Assembly (NCBI GenBank): GCA_051882195.1
Contig: JBJERI010000034.1
Location: 252 to 64,251 of the forward strand
Origin: Ruminiclostridium sp.
Lineage (GTDB): Bacteria; Bacillota; Clostridia; Oscillospirales; Ruminococcaceae
Reading direction: 5' to 3'
Length of the DNA stretch: 64,000 nt
A program made the translations under genes and the position numbers. How positions within the stretch are numbered: the stretch's first letter is position 1; each line of letters begins with the position of its first letter. The notes under the pieces were generated by a model. That model was not told where the DNA came from, searched no databases, and saw only the letters and a list, made by a program, of their open reading frames with translations. This document shows, one piece after another, positions 44,492 through 54,625 of the stretch.

Positions 44492-44743
44492 GGGCTGTAA
44501 GCCCCTTCAGACTGTCGATAAACCCTGAGAACAGGGTTTATCTTAGTGAATATTGAATATTGAATAGTGAATAATTGAGGTGTGCCCTTCGGGCAGGGAT
44601 TTAAAAAGCGAGCTATAATCACATTTTCCGGAATAATCGGCGAAGCCGATACCACAATTATTCATTCTTCGTTATTCAGTATTCAATATTCATTTCTTGT
44701 CGAAAAGACTTTTTTGACAAGCTGTAGGGGCTGTAAGCCCCTT
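44489..44743. repeat. 236-bp hairpin-rich unit bounded by a 19-bp direct repeat that duplicates the sod terminator hairpin
   Basis: TAGGGGCTGTAAGCCCCTT occurs at 44489-44507 and 44725-44743. Internal inverted arms at 44546-44577 and 44655-44693 are built from TGAATAT-type heptamers. Small hairpins lie at 44518-44541, near 44583-44595 and near 44633-44649. Confidence 0.7.
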
Positions 44744-44767
44744 TTTTGATTTTTTTCCTCAAAACCC

Positions 44768-44796
44768 TTGAAATTGAAAATATTATGGTGTATAAT
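44768..44796 (+). promoter_or_regulatory. Near-consensus sigma-A promoter for tRNA-Arg
   Basis: TTGAAA, 17-nt spacer, TGtATAAT-type extended -10 (TATAAT at 44791-44796). Confidence 0.65.
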
Positions 44797-44812
44797 ATAT
44801 AAGACTATTTAT

Positions 44813-44889
44813 GCGCTTATAGCTCAGCAGGATAGAGCGGCCGCCTCCTAAGCGGCAGGCCGGAGGTTCGAATCCTCTTAAGCGCGCCA
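44813..44889 (+). tRNA. tRNA-Arg (anticodon CCU), CCA encoded
   Basis: Hand-folded. Acceptor GCGCTTA/TAAGCGC. D arm GCTC-AGCAGGATA-GAGC. Anticodon arm GCCGC-CTCCTAA-GCGGC. T arm GGAGG-TTCGAAT-CCTCT. Ends in GCCA. Confidence 0.9.
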
Positions 44890-44962
44890 TATTTTTGTAA
44901 GGCCTAAGGGCTTTACGCCCGAAAAATACACCTTTATAAATATAATCAGAAATTGGTTGACT

Positions 44963-46339
44963 ATGAAATTCAAATGGAACAAAAAATACGGCAGGATTGC
45001 CGCCTATGCCATAGGCGTTATCGTAATCAGCGGCATGCTGCTGCTTGCCGTCAACTATCTGCCGGGCTTTGAAGAGGTCTTCAGCTTTATCGGCTCGGTG
45101 CTTACCCCCATTATATGGGGTGTGGTGATTGCCTACCTATTAAATCCGATTATGGATTTTTTTGAGCACCGAGTTTTCAAAAAGTGGCAAAAGGACGCTT
45201 CAAGGCGGAAACAGCGCCGACTGCGTGTGATTTCCCTGTGGATAACGGTAATAGTGGCTCTTGCACTTATGGCGGGAATGGTGTGGCTGGTAACGCCTCA
45301 GCTGCTTGGCAGCGTTTCAAAGCTTGTACCTCAGCTTGAAGCCTATGCCCTCAATATCCGTGACTGGGCGGAAAGCACCTTTGCGGACAGCCCCGAAATC
45401 GCAGCCTTTATTGCAGACCCAATGGTGCAGCTTGAAAAGTACATTTCCGAGCTGTGGACGTCCATGCAGCCTGCTCTTACAAGCGCAATTTCAAAGGTTG
45501 GCGGCGGTCTGCTAAGCTTTGTAATCGGCTTCAAGGACTTTATCATCGGCTTTATTATCGCAATTTATCTGCTTCTTGCAAAGGATATGCTGCTGCGGCA
45601 GGCGAGAAAAATCCTTTTCGCTTTCCTGCACAACGACTTTGTACAGCACATACTGAACCTTTGCCACCGCTCCAACAAGATTTTCAGACATTATATGGTG
45701 GGAATCGTGCTGGACGCATTCTTTGTGGGCTGTCTGACCTTTATTTTCTCCACAATAATCGGTGCGCCCTACCCCGTACTCCTTGCGGTAATAATCGCCT
45801 GCACAAACATTATCCCATTTTTCGGCCCCTTTATCGGCGGTATTCCAACGGCAATAATCGTGCTGCTTGACGACCCGCTGAAATGCCTCTGGTACGTTAT
45901 TTTCATGCTGTGTATGCAGCAGTTTGACGGAAATGTTATGGTGCCGCTCATACAGGGGGACAGGACAGGCGTTCCAAGCGTATGGGTGCTTATGGCGATA
46001 ATCGTTGGCGGCGGCTTGTTTGGCTTTGTGGGAATGTTGCTTTCCGTACCTGTTTTTGCGGTAATTTATATGCTTATGAGCGAATGGATCTCCACACGGC
46101 TCAAAAAGAAAAATCTCCCCTCGGACACGCTTCTTTACGAGGACAACGTGGGGCGGTTCACAAACGATTACGTCTATACCGAGGAGGACAGGCAGAAGGA
46201 CAATGAAAAGCTGGAACAGCTTGCGGCAGAGGACGGGAAAAAGAAAAAGGTACGCATAAAAAAGCTGGAGCAGGCTATTGAAAAGAAAAACGAGGAATTT
46301 GAGGAATCCCTGAACAATTCCGAAAATGATGTGAAATAG
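44963..46339 (+). CDS. AI-2E family transporter (PerM/UPF0118)
   Basis: 458-aa polytopic membrane protein with an AI-2E-like core (...FGPFIGGIP...) and a charged C-terminal tail. The ATG at 44963 is preferred over the TTG at 44957. Confidence 0.8.
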   Translation: MKFKWNKKYGRIAAYAIGVIVISGMLLLAVNYLPGFEEVFSFIGSVLTPIIWGVVIAYLLNPIMDFFEHRVFKKWQKDASRRKQRRLRVISLWITVIVALALMAGMVWLVTPQLLGSVSKLVPQLEAYALNIRDWAESTFADSPEIAAFIADPMVQLEKYISELWTSMQPALTSAISKVGGGLLSFVIGFKDFIIGFIIAIYLLLAKDMLLRQARKILFAFLHNDFVQHILNLCHRSNKIFRHYMVGIVLDAFFVGCLTFIFSTIIGAPYPVLLAVIIACTNIIPFFGPFIGGIPTAIIVLLDDPLKCLWYVIFMLCMQQFDGNVMVPLIQGDRTGVPSVWVLMAIIVGGGLFGFVGMLLSVPVFAVIYMLMSEWISTRLKKKNLPSDTLLYEDNVGRFTNDYVYTEEDRQKDNEKLEQLAAEDGKKKKVRIKKLEQAIEKKNEEFEESLNNSENDVK

Positions 46340-46340
46340 C

Positions 46341-46369
46341 TTGAAATAAGGCGTCCTATGTGATATAAT
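46341..46369 (+). promoter_or_regulatory. Sigma-A promoter for pheS
   Basis: TTGAAA, 17-nt spacer, TGaTATAAT. Confidence 0.65.
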
Positions 46370-46409
46370 TCTAAATTGATTTTGAATAATTGAAAGGTTT
46401 GGTTTTAAA

Positions 46410-47429
46410 ATGAAAGATCAGCTTCAGAAAATAAAGGAGCAGGCGTTAAGTCAGATTGAGGCCTGCAAGGAAGTCAAGGAAATTGACGACTTACGAGTTA
46501 AGGTGCTTGGCAAAAAGGGCGAGCTTACCGCTATATTAAAGCAGATGGGCAAGCTTTCCGCCGAGGAAAGACCGGTTATCGGACAGCTTGCAAACGAGGT
46601 AAGGGAAAAGCTGGAAAGCTCCATTTCCGAAAAGCTTGCAGCCCTTAAATCCAAGGCTGTTGAAATGAAGCTTGCAGCCGAAACTGTTGACGTTACAATG
46701 CCCGGCACAAAGCACGAGCAAGGCAGACGTCACCCGCTGAACACAGTCCTTGAGGAAATGAAGGACATTTTCAGAGGAATGGGCTATACCGTTGTGGACG
46801 GCCCCGAGGTTGAGGAAACAAAGTACGTTTTCGATATGCTGAACACCGACGAGGGACACCCCGCAAGAGATCCCCAGGATACATTCTACATCACAGACAA
46901 AATTCTGCTTCGTACACAGACCTCTTCCGTGCAGATAAGGACAATGCTTAAGGAAAAGCCTCCTATCGCTATTATCAGCCCCGGCAGAGTTTACCGCTCC
47001 GACGCTGTTGACGGAACACACTCCCCTATTTTCCACCAGTGCGAGGGTCTTGTAATCGACAAGAAAATCACCTTCGGCGACCTTAAGGGCACTCTGGAAA
47101 TGTGGGCAAAGCGTCTTTACGGCGACAATGTAAAGCTGCGCTTCCGTCCTCACCACTTCCCCTACACAGAACCCTCCGCAGAGGTTGACTTACAGTGCTT
47201 CAAGTGCGGCGGCAAGGGCTGCTCTCTCTGCAAGGGCGAGGGCTGGATTGAAATGCTTGGCTCAGGCATGGTACACCCCCAGGTGCTTATTAACTGCGGC
47301 ATTGACCCTGAGGAATATACAGGCTTTGCTTTCGGTATCGGTCTTGAAAGAATTACAATGATGAGATACGCAATAGACGATATGAGATTGCTTTACGAGA
47401 ACGATTCAAGATTCCTGTCACAGTTCTGA
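46410..47429 (+). CDS. pheS: Phenylalanine--tRNA ligase alpha subunit
   Basis: 339 aa with class II aaRS motifs ([18 protein letters not shown]). Confidence 0.96.
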   Translation: MKDQLQKIKEQALSQIEACKEVKEIDDLRVKVLGKKGELTAILKQMGKLSAEERPVIGQLANEVREKLESSISEKLAALKSKAVEMKLAAETVDVTMPGTKHEQGRRHPLNTVLEEMKDIFRGMGYTVVDGPEVEETKYVFDMLNTDEGHPARDPQDTFYITDKILLRTQTSSVQIRTMLKEKPPIAIISPGRVYRSDAVDGTHSPIFHQCEGLVIDKKITFGDLKGTLEMWAKRLYGDNVKLRFRPHHFPYTEPSAEVDLQCFKCGGKGCSLCKGEGWIEMLGSGMVHPQVLINCGIDPEEYTGFAFGIGLERITMMRYAIDDMRLLYENDSRFLSQF

Positions 47430-47441
47430 AAAAGGTGAAAT

Positions 47442-48266
47442 ATGAACGCTGAAAAAAAGAAAGCCATAGAAATTGTAGTTGATGCAAGCATAAAAAGCTT
47501 TGCAGCAGGACTGACAAGCAGATATGAAAAGGAATTAAACTGTGACGACGGCGTTATAAATATGAAGAAAAACAACTGCTTCATTGCGGAATTGGGCGAA
47601 GAATTTATGTTCTATTCTGCCTTTGTTCGAAGCTTTGACAGCAGCTTTGGAAATATCCTTGAACAGATAGGAAACGACATAGCAAAATTATCCTACGAAG
47701 TCAAAGGAGATATTACCTCATTTATCCTGCCTGACCAGACGCAGCGGATTGCCTCTGTGCTTGACAGTTATCTTGACCACACGTCAACTCCGTCAATATC
47801 TCACTACTCAAATTTTGATGTTATTTATCCTAAAAATACGGTAAGCTTTGAAAGAACTCACGTTACCGATAATTATTTTTATAACCCCAAAACCAATGAG
47901 CATTATATAATTGAGCTTAAAGCGTCCGGAGATTTGGACAATAAGAAAGCAAGAGCAGAAAAGTCCGCATTATTGGAAGAATATTTTTTGCTGAAAAATT
48001 CTCTAAAGGACGATAAGACCGCCAAGATATACATATATTTTGGCACGGCGTATAATAAATACGGAGAGAATAATTATTGGAAGCAGGAAAGAGTAAGACA
48101 GTTTTTCGCAGAAGATGAACTGCTTATCGGCAAGGATTATTGGAATTTTGTATGCAACGATAAAGATGGTTTTGATATCATTTTCAATCAATATAAAATT
48201 TCAGCAGGGAAAATAAAAGAAGCGTTGGAGAAAATAAAAAAGATGTATTTTGATAATGGAAATTAA
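47442..48266 (+). CDS. Putative type II restriction endonuclease (PD-(D/E)xK-like)
   Basis: 274 aa and AT-rich. Candidate catalytic motif ...VTDNYFY...HYIIELKASGD (D...ExK). It overlaps the downstream methyltransferase gene by 11 nt. The family assignment (possibly TdeIII-like, from memory) is unverified. Confidence 0.6.
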   Translation: MNAEKKKAIEIVVDASIKSFAAGLTSRYEKELNCDDGVINMKKNNCFIAELGEEFMFYSAFVRSFDSSFGNILEQIGNDIAKLSYEVKGDITSFILPDQTQRIASVLDSYLDHTSTPSISHYSNFDVIYPKNTVSFERTHVTDNYFYNPKTNEHYIIELKASGDLDNKKARAEKSALLEEYFLLKNSLKDDKTAKIYIYFGTAYNKYGENNYWKQERVRQFFAEDELLIGKDYWNFVCNDKDGFDIIFNQYKISAGKIKEALEKIKKMYFDNGN

Positions 48267-48987
48267 AGTAAACGAAATCGACAAAAAACTGCTGGTTAAT
48301 TCCGATTGTTTTTCTGTTTTAAAAAATCTTCCCGATAAGTCAGTTGATTTAATTCTGACAGACCCGCCCTATAACCTTGCAAAGTACAGTACAGGAAATA
48401 TGTCCTTTGATTGGCGCTCAGATATCAACAACGATGTTGCGGAATGGGATTTAGTTGAACTTAAGCCAACTGATTTGGCGGAAGAATTTAAAAGAATTCT
48501 GTCGCCAAAAGGAAATATATTTATATTTTGCTCTTATAATCTGATTGGCGAATATCACAAGGCTTTCGACCCCATATTCGACACATTTCAGTTTATGGTA
48601 TGGCATAAAACAAACCCTGTTCCAAATTTCAGAAAGTCATCGTTTCTCAACAGCTGTGAGCTGATTGTTTCTTGTTGGAATAAAGGACACACTTGGAATT
48701 TTACAAATCAAAAGGATATGCACAATTTTATTGAAAGCGGTATTTGCATGGGAAAGGAAAGAATAAAGGACAAAAACGGTAAAAATCTTCACCCAACACA
48801 AAAGCCTGTTTCAGTTTTAAAAAAAATAATCGAAATAGCGTCTAACCAAAACGATATTGTGCTTGACTGCTTTAACGGAGTAGGAAGTACCGGAGAGGCG
48901 GCGTTAAGTCTTAATCGGAGATATATCGGAATTGAAATAGACAAGCAGTATTTTGACGCAACAGCTGAGCGCTTAAAAAATTATTAG
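48256..48987 (+). CDS. Beta-class DNA amino-methyltransferase (N6-adenine or N4-cytosine)
   Basis: Motif IV LILTDPPYNL precedes motif I DCFNGVGSTGEAA (circularly permuted beta order). There is also an HPTQKP motif. 243 aa. Confidence 0.9.
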   Translation: MEIKVNEIDKKLLVNSDCFSVLKNLPDKSVDLILTDPPYNLAKYSTGNMSFDWRSDINNDVAEWDLVELKPTDLAEEFKRILSPKGNIFIFCSYNLIGEYHKAFDPIFDTFQFMVWHKTNPVPNFRKSSFLNSCELIVSCWNKGHTWNFTNQKDMHNFIESGICMGKERIKDKNGKNLHPTQKPVSVLKKIIEIASNQNDIVLDCFNGVGSTGEAALSLNRRYIGIEIDKQYFDATAERLKNY

Positions 48988-49017
48988 TAAAATAAATTCC
49001 ATGAAAGGAAGAATAAA

Positions 49018-51417
49018 ATGGATTTATCTATGAAATGGCTTAACGACTACGTTAAAGCCGATATGCCAATAAAGGACTTTGTTGCCGCAATGACCATGAG
49101 CGGCTCAAAGGTTGAAACCTACAAATCACTTTCCGAGCCTTTATCAAAGGTTGTTGTAGGAAAGATAACAAAAATCGAAAAGCACGCCGACAGCGAAAAG
49201 CTGTGGATTTGTCAGATTGACATCGGCGAAAAGACCGTTCAGATCGTTACTGCGGCGCAGAACTGCTACGAGGGCGCAATTGTTCCCGTTGTTCTTGACG
49301 GCGGCGTTGTAATCAACCGCAAGGAAGGCGGCTCAATGAAGATTACAAAGGGCAAGCTTAGAGGCGTAATGAGCGAGGGCATGATGTGCAGCTTTGAGGA
49401 GCTGGGCATGGAAAATTCCGACTTCCCTTACGCAACTCCCGACGGAATACTTATCTTCAACGAAGACCCCGACATTGACAAGTTTGAGCTTGGAATGGAC
49501 GTAACAAAGGCTGTGGGCATTGACGATACACAGGTTGAATTTGAAATCACAAACAACCGCCCCGACTGCCTTTCCGTTTTAGGCCTTGCAAGAGAGGCAA
49601 GCGCTACCTTTGACCTGCCCCTTAACTACAAAAAGCCCCAATTCAAAGGCATTGACTACGACATTAACAAGGACGTTTCCGTTACCGTTGAAAACACGCA
49701 GCTTTGCTCACGCTATATGGCAGGTCTTGTAAAGAACGTTAAGATAGGCCCGTCCCCGAGGTGGCTGGCGGAAAGACTTCGTGCAAGCGGCGTCCGTGCA
49801 ATAAACAACATCGTTGATATTACCAACTTCGTAATGCTTGAATACGGTCACCCAATGCACGCATTCGATTTAAGATATGTTGAGGGCGGCAAAATTGTTG
49901 TCCGCAACGCAAAGGATGGCGAAACCCTTAAGCTCCTTGACGAGGCGGCAGAGCCGGTTAAGCTTTCACCCGAAATGCTGGTTATTGCAGACGAGAAAAA
50001 GCCAATGGCTGTTGCAGGCGTAATGGGCGGCGAATATTCGGGTATATGGGACGATACAACCACCGTTGTATTCGAGGCTGCCTGCTTCGACGGCGTATCC
50101 GTAAGACGTACTGCAAAGAAAATCGGTGAAAGAACAGAGGCAAGCTCACGCTTTGAAAAGCGCCTTGACCCCGCAAACGCTGAGGAGGCGCTCCACAGAG
50201 CATTGGAGCTGGTTGAAATGCTTGGCTGCGGCGAGCCCTGCAAGTCAATTATCGACTGCGACCACTCAAATAAAGAGCCCTTCACATTAAAGCACGACTA
50301 CAAATGGATTAACGAGTTTTTAGGCTCGGACATCAGCGAGGAGGAACAGGTTTCAATCCTCAAAAAGCTTGGCTTCGGCTATGACAACGGCGTTGTTACA
50401 GTGCCCCCTTACAGAATCGACATTGAACGTCAGTGCGACCTTGCGGAGGAAGTAGCGAGAATTTATGGCTACAACAACATTCCTACCTCTATCCCAAGAC
50501 TTTCAAGCCAGAGCAAGATGACTCCCGTACAGGCTTTCCAGCAGAAGCTTACGGAAATCATGATTGCAGAGGGCTGCTATGAAACAATGACCTTCAGCTT
50601 TATTTCTCCAAAGTGGTATGATAAAATCAATCTGCCCGAGGAGGAAAAGCGCTCCGTTGTTATCACAAACCCTCTTGGCGAGGACACAAGCGTTATGAGA
50701 ACAACAATGATTCCGTCTATGATGGAGCTTGTTGTACGCAACATAAACAACAGAAACCTTGCAGGCCGTTTCTTTGAAATAGGCAGAGTTTATAAGCCAA
50801 TGGAAAGCGTTGACCAATTGCCTGTTGAGGAGGACGTACTGGCAATTGCTCTTTACGGCGAAAAGGAGGACTTCTTCTCCTTAAAGGGTATTGTGGAGGA
50901 AATACTGGACAAGACAGGCATTGAGGGCAAGTTCACACAATGCACCACAAACAAGACCTTCCATACGGGAAGATGCGCTGAGCTTACAGCAGGCGGCAAG
51001 ACAATCGGTACTCTTGGCGAAATTCACCCCCTTGTTTGCGAAAACTACGGCGTTAAGGACAGAATTTACATTGCCGTGCTTAAGCTTGCTCCCATGATTG
51101 AAGCACAGAACACCGACATAAAGTACAAGGCATTGCCTAAGTTCCCCGCAATGACAAGAGATTTAAGCCTTGTTTGCCCCGACGAGTTAAGCTCGGGCGA
51201 AATTATTGACATAATCACAAAAACAGCTAAAAATCTCGAGCAGGTAACACTGTTCGATATGTATAAGGGCACAGGCGTTCCCGAGGGCAAAAAGTCCCTT
51301 TCCTACAAGCTTGTACTTCGTCATAAGGACAGAACAATGGAAAATGACGAGGCTGACAAGACCGTTGAAAAGGTGCTGAAAGCACTGGCTGAAAAGGATA
51401 TTACCTTAAGATCGTAA
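49018..51417 (+). CDS. pheT: Phenylalanine--tRNA ligase beta subunit
   Basis: 799 aa. MDLSMKWLNDYV N-terminus, with tRNA-binding, B3/4, B5 and FDX-ACB regions recognisable. Confidence 0.96.
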   Translation: MDLSMKWLNDYVKADMPIKDFVAAMTMSGSKVETYKSLSEPLSKVVVGKITKIEKHADSEKLWICQIDIGEKTVQIVTAAQNCYEGAIVPVVLDGGVVINRKEGGSMKITKGKLRGVMSEGMMCSFEELGMENSDFPYATPDGILIFNEDPDIDKFELGMDVTKAVGIDDTQVEFEITNNRPDCLSVLGLAREASATFDLPLNYKKPQFKGIDYDINKDVSVTVENTQLCSRYMAGLVKNVKIGPSPRWLAERLRASGVRAINNIVDITNFVMLEYGHPMHAFDLRYVEGGKIVVRNAKDGETLKLLDEAAEPVKLSPEMLVIADEKKPMAVAGVMGGEYSGIWDDTTTVVFEAACFDGVSVRRTAKKIGERTEASSRFEKRLDPANAEEALHRALELVEMLGCGEPCKSIIDCDHSNKEPFTLKHDYKWINEFLGSDISEEEQVSILKKLGFGYDNGVVTVPPYRIDIERQCDLAEEVARIYGYNNIPTSIPRLSSQSKMTPVQAFQQKLTEIMIAEGCYETMTFSFISPKWYDKINLPEEEKRSVVITNPLGEDTSVMRTTMIPSMMELVVRNINNRNLAGRFFEIGRVYKPMESVDQLPVEEDVLAIALYGEKEDFFSLKGIVEEILDKTGIEGKFTQCTTNKTFHTGRCAELTAGGKTIGTLGEIHPLVCENYGVKDRIYIAVLKLAPMIEAQNTDIKYKALPKFPAMTRDLSLVCPDELSSGEIIDIITKTAKNLEQVTLFDMYKGTGVPEGKKSLSYKLVLRHKDRTMENDEADKTVEKVLKALAEKDITLRS

Positions 51418-51443
51418 AAGAATCAAAAGAAAGGAATTGAATT

Positions 51444-52616
51444 ATGTCTATCAGAAAGAAAATAGTTTCTGCAATTCTTGCAGGCGTTCTCTGCGTAACA
51501 ACAGCCGCTTCCCTTACGGGCTGCGGAGATGTAAGCTACGCAATGACAATCAACGACGAAAAGCTTAACGCAGGCATTTATCTGTACTACGAGTATCAGG
51601 CAAAGAGCGAGGCAGTTAGCAAGTTTGCTGAGGAAAACCCCGATGTGGATACCTCCGCAGAGGGCTTTGACTACTTTGCAAACAACGTTGAGGGCAGGCC
51701 CTTTGCACAGTGGATTACCGACAAGACAGAGGAGCTTTGCAAGGAATATGCGGCGGTAAACGCATTGTTTGACGAAAAGGGACTGGAGCTTACAGAGGAC
51801 GAAATCAGCGAAATCAACGCAAGCGTAAAGTCCACATGGTATGACGAAAACCCATACCTTGTTTATTACGGAATTGATTTTGACACAATGGGCAAGTACT
51901 ATGAGTCCCTTGGTATCGGAATGGAAAGCTACAAGCAGCTTGCATTGAACGAGGAAAAGAGAGAAACCCTCTTTGACTCACTTTATTCCGTAGGCGGTAC
52001 AGAGGGTACAACTCAGGCGGAGGTTGACGCTTACTTTGCTGAAAATTACGCAAGAGCGGCTTATTTTGAGATTGCTCTCGAGGACGGCAACGGGGATACA
52101 ATCGAAACCAGCGAGGGACTTCAGATTTTAGAGGACCTTGGCAACGGCTATGTTGAGGAGTTAAAGAACGGTACTCCTTTCAGCACAGTTTCAAAGGAAT
52201 ACGATACATTTGTGGACGAACAGCGCAAGGCTGCCGAAAAGGCACAGGCTGAGGCAGACGGCACAGTTTATCTTGAAGAGGACGAGGAAGAGGAAGCAGA
52301 CGAGGATAAGACCGAAGCTGACTACGAAACAATGTTCACAAAGACAGGCACTTATCCGTCAGAGGAATTTGTGGAAAACCTGTTCGCAATGTCCAACGAC
52401 GCTCCCCAGCTTTACAAGACCGAGGACGCATATTACGTTGTAGTGCGCCGTGATTTAAGCGAAAGAACAGACTGGCTTGAGGAAAACACTCACACCATTA
52501 TCCACAAGCTTAAGGAAGACGCAATGACAGAGCTTCTTGCAAACGCTTATGCAGGCTACAATGTTGTAATCAACGAGGCAGCAAAGAGCGCTTACGACCC
52601 GAAATCATTAAAGTAA
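51444..52616 (+). CDS. Lipoprotein, SurA/PrsA N-terminal-domain-like chaperone candidate with no visible PPIase domain
   Basis: Lipobox SLTGCG, an acidic low-complexity insert (EEDEEEEADEDKTEAD), 390 aa. Confidence 0.65.
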   Translation: MSIRKKIVSAILAGVLCVTTAASLTGCGDVSYAMTINDEKLNAGIYLYYEYQAKSEAVSKFAEENPDVDTSAEGFDYFANNVEGRPFAQWITDKTEELCKEYAAVNALFDEKGLELTEDEISEINASVKSTWYDENPYLVYYGIDFDTMGKYYESLGIGMESYKQLALNEEKRETLFDSLYSVGGTEGTTQAEVDAYFAENYARAAYFEIALEDGNGDTIETSEGLQILEDLGNGYVEELKNGTPFSTVSKEYDTFVDEQRKAAEKAQAEADGTVYLEEDEEEEADEDKTEADYETMFTKTGTYPSEEFVENLFAMSNDAPQLYKTEDAYYVVVRRDLSERTDWLEENTHTIIHKLKEDAMTELLANAYAGYNVVINEAAKSAYDPKSLK

Positions 52617-52627
52617 ACATTGTTTAT

Positions 52628-52659
52628 CCGCTGCGTCTTTCGGGGCGCAGCGGTTTTTT
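52628..52659 (+). terminator. Intrinsic terminator
   Basis: CCGCTGCG-tctttcgggg-CGCAGCGG followed by TTTTTT. Confidence 0.8.
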
Positions 52660-52693
52660 CGACAATTCGCCTTTCACAGAAAGGAATGATTCT

Positions 52694-54607
52694 ATGATAA
52701 TTTTAAGCGGCACGGATATTGAAATGGCTTTCGGGGTTGACCTGATTTTTTCGGGGGTTAATTTCGAGGTTGACGAAAAGGACAGAATAGGTCTTGTAGG
52801 CGTCAACGGCACAGGCAAAACCACCCTTTTCAAAATCATCAACCGCATTACCGAGCCCGAAAGCGGTACTCTCAATAAATCCGCCGATACCGTAATCGGC
52901 TATATGGAGCAGCACGTTGTCCGTGACAGCAATGTTTCCGTCTATGACGAAGCCCTTTCCGTTTCACAGGGGCTTATTGACCTTGAAAAGCAGCTTGACG
53001 AAATTCACGCCCAAATTGACAGCGGCAATCACAGCGCTGAAATCCTTTACCGTCAGATGAAATTGCAGGAGCGTTTCGAGCGTGAGGGGGGACTTGAATT
53101 TCGTGCAAGAACAAAATCGGCGCTGACAGGCCTTGGCTTTTCGGCAGAGGAGCAGGAAAAGCCCGTTTCGGTGCTCAGCGGCGGTCAGAAATCCAAGGTA
53201 CAGCTTGCAAAGCTGCTGCTTTCGGGGGCAAATCTGCTGCTCCTTGACGAGCCTACAAACCACCTTGACATAAAGGCCTGCGAATGGCTGGAAAAATTCC
53301 TCCTTGAATATAAGGGGGCTTATATCGTCATTTCCCACGACAGATATTTCCTTGACAAGGTAACCACCAAAACCTTTGAGCTTGAAAACAAGCGCCTTAC
53401 CACATGGAAGGGCAATTACACCAAATACCGACAGCTTAAAGAGGAAAAGCGGCTCACAATGCAGCGTGAGTACGACAACACAATGGCGGAAATAAAGCGC
53501 ATTGAGGGCATAATCGAGCAGCAGAAGCGCTTCAACCAGGAGCGCAACTATGTCACCATCGCTCATAAGCAGCACAGCATTGACCGCCTTAAGGAAACTC
53601 TTGTAAAGCCCGAAGTCCCTCCCGAGGAGCTGCATTTCACCTTTCCTTGCTTTGAGGGGTCGGGAAACGACGTGCTTTACGCAAACAATCTCTGCAAAAG
53701 CTTTGACGGACAGTTGCTTTTCAGAAATGTCTGTCTTGATATAAAAAAGGGGGAAAGGGTGTTTCTCCTTGGGCCAAACGGCTGCGGAAAATCCACACTG
53801 TTCAAAATCCTTGTAGATAAATATAAGGCGGATTATGGGGATTTCAGGCTTGGAGCAAGAATAAAAATCGGCTATTTCGACCAGATTCAGACGGGACTTA
53901 CAGACAGCAAAACCGTCCTTGACGAAATATGGGATCAATATCCCAAAATGTCCCAGACCCAGGTGAGAACCGCTCTCGGCTCGTTTTTATTCAAGGGCGA
54001 GGAGGTGTTCAAAAAAATCGGATCGCTGAGCGGCGGCGAAAAGGCAAGAGTGGCTTTGCTTAAGCTGATGCTAAGCGGCTGCAATTTCCTGCTCCTTGAC
54101 GAGCCCACAAACCACCTTGATATTGGCGCAAGAGAGGCGCTGGAGCAGGCGCTTCTCGGCTACAAGGGAACGCTGTTTATTATTTCCCACGACCGTTACC
54201 TTATAAATAAGCTGGCGGGAACAATTTACACCCTCACCGAAAACGGCGCGGAAAAGTTCGACGGAAACTATGACGATTATGTAATGAGCATTGAAAACGT
54301 CAGCATAAAGGCTCAGCCCGAAAAAACCGAGGACAAGCCCAAGGTGAACAATTACCGTCTGCAAAAGGAAAGAGAAAGCGAAAGGCGCAAGCTGAACACT
54401 CGTGTAAAAAAGGCGGAGGAGCGCATTAGTCAGCTTGAACAGCTTATTGATGAACTTAACGCAAGGCTGATGACTCCCGAAATTGCCTGCGATTTTGAAA
54501 AGGCGACAGAGATAACAAAGCAGATTGAGGAAAGCAATACGGAGCTCGAACAGCAGATGGAGGAATGGGAAAAAGCGGGAGAGATGTTAGAGAAAATGGA
54601 GGAATAA
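52694..54607 (+). CDS. ABC-F family ATPase (two ABC cassettes, C-terminal coiled coil)
   Basis: GVNGTGKTT / LSGGQKSK / LLLDEPTNHLD and GPNGCGKST / LSGGEKAR / LLLDEPTNHLD. No TM domain. Confidence 0.92.
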   Translation: MIILSGTDIEMAFGVDLIFSGVNFEVDEKDRIGLVGVNGTGKTTLFKIINRITEPESGTLNKSADTVIGYMEQHVVRDSNVSVYDEALSVSQGLIDLEKQLDEIHAQIDSGNHSAEILYRQMKLQERFEREGGLEFRARTKSALTGLGFSAEEQEKPVSVLSGGQKSKVQLAKLLLSGANLLLLDEPTNHLDIKACEWLEKFLLEYKGAYIVISHDRYFLDKVTTKTFELENKRLTTWKGNYTKYRQLKEEKRLTMQREYDNTMAEIKRIEGIIEQQKRFNQERNYVTIAHKQHSIDRLKETLVKPEVPPEELHFTFPCFEGSGNDVLYANNLCKSFDGQLLFRNVCLDIKKGERVFLLGPNGCGKSTLFKILVDKYKADYGDFRLGARIKIGYFDQIQTGLTDSKTVLDEIWDQYPKMSQTQVRTALGSFLFKGEEVFKKIGSLSGGEKARVALLKLMLSGCNFLLLDEPTNHLDIGAREALEQALLGYKGTLFIISHDRYLINKLAGTIYTLTENGAEKFDGNYDDYVMSIENVSIKAQPEKTEDKPKVNNYRLQKERESERRKLNTRVKKAEERISQLEQLIDELNARLMTPEIACDFEKATEITKQIEESNTELEQQMEEWEKAGEMLEKMEE

Positions 54608-54625
54608 GGCGTTTTAACTGGTTTT

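Noticed and set aside
46340-46409. T-box leader upstream of pheS
   Set aside because: Only 70 nt separate the upstream stop from the pheS ATG, and a near-consensus promoter occupies them. There is no room for a T-box.
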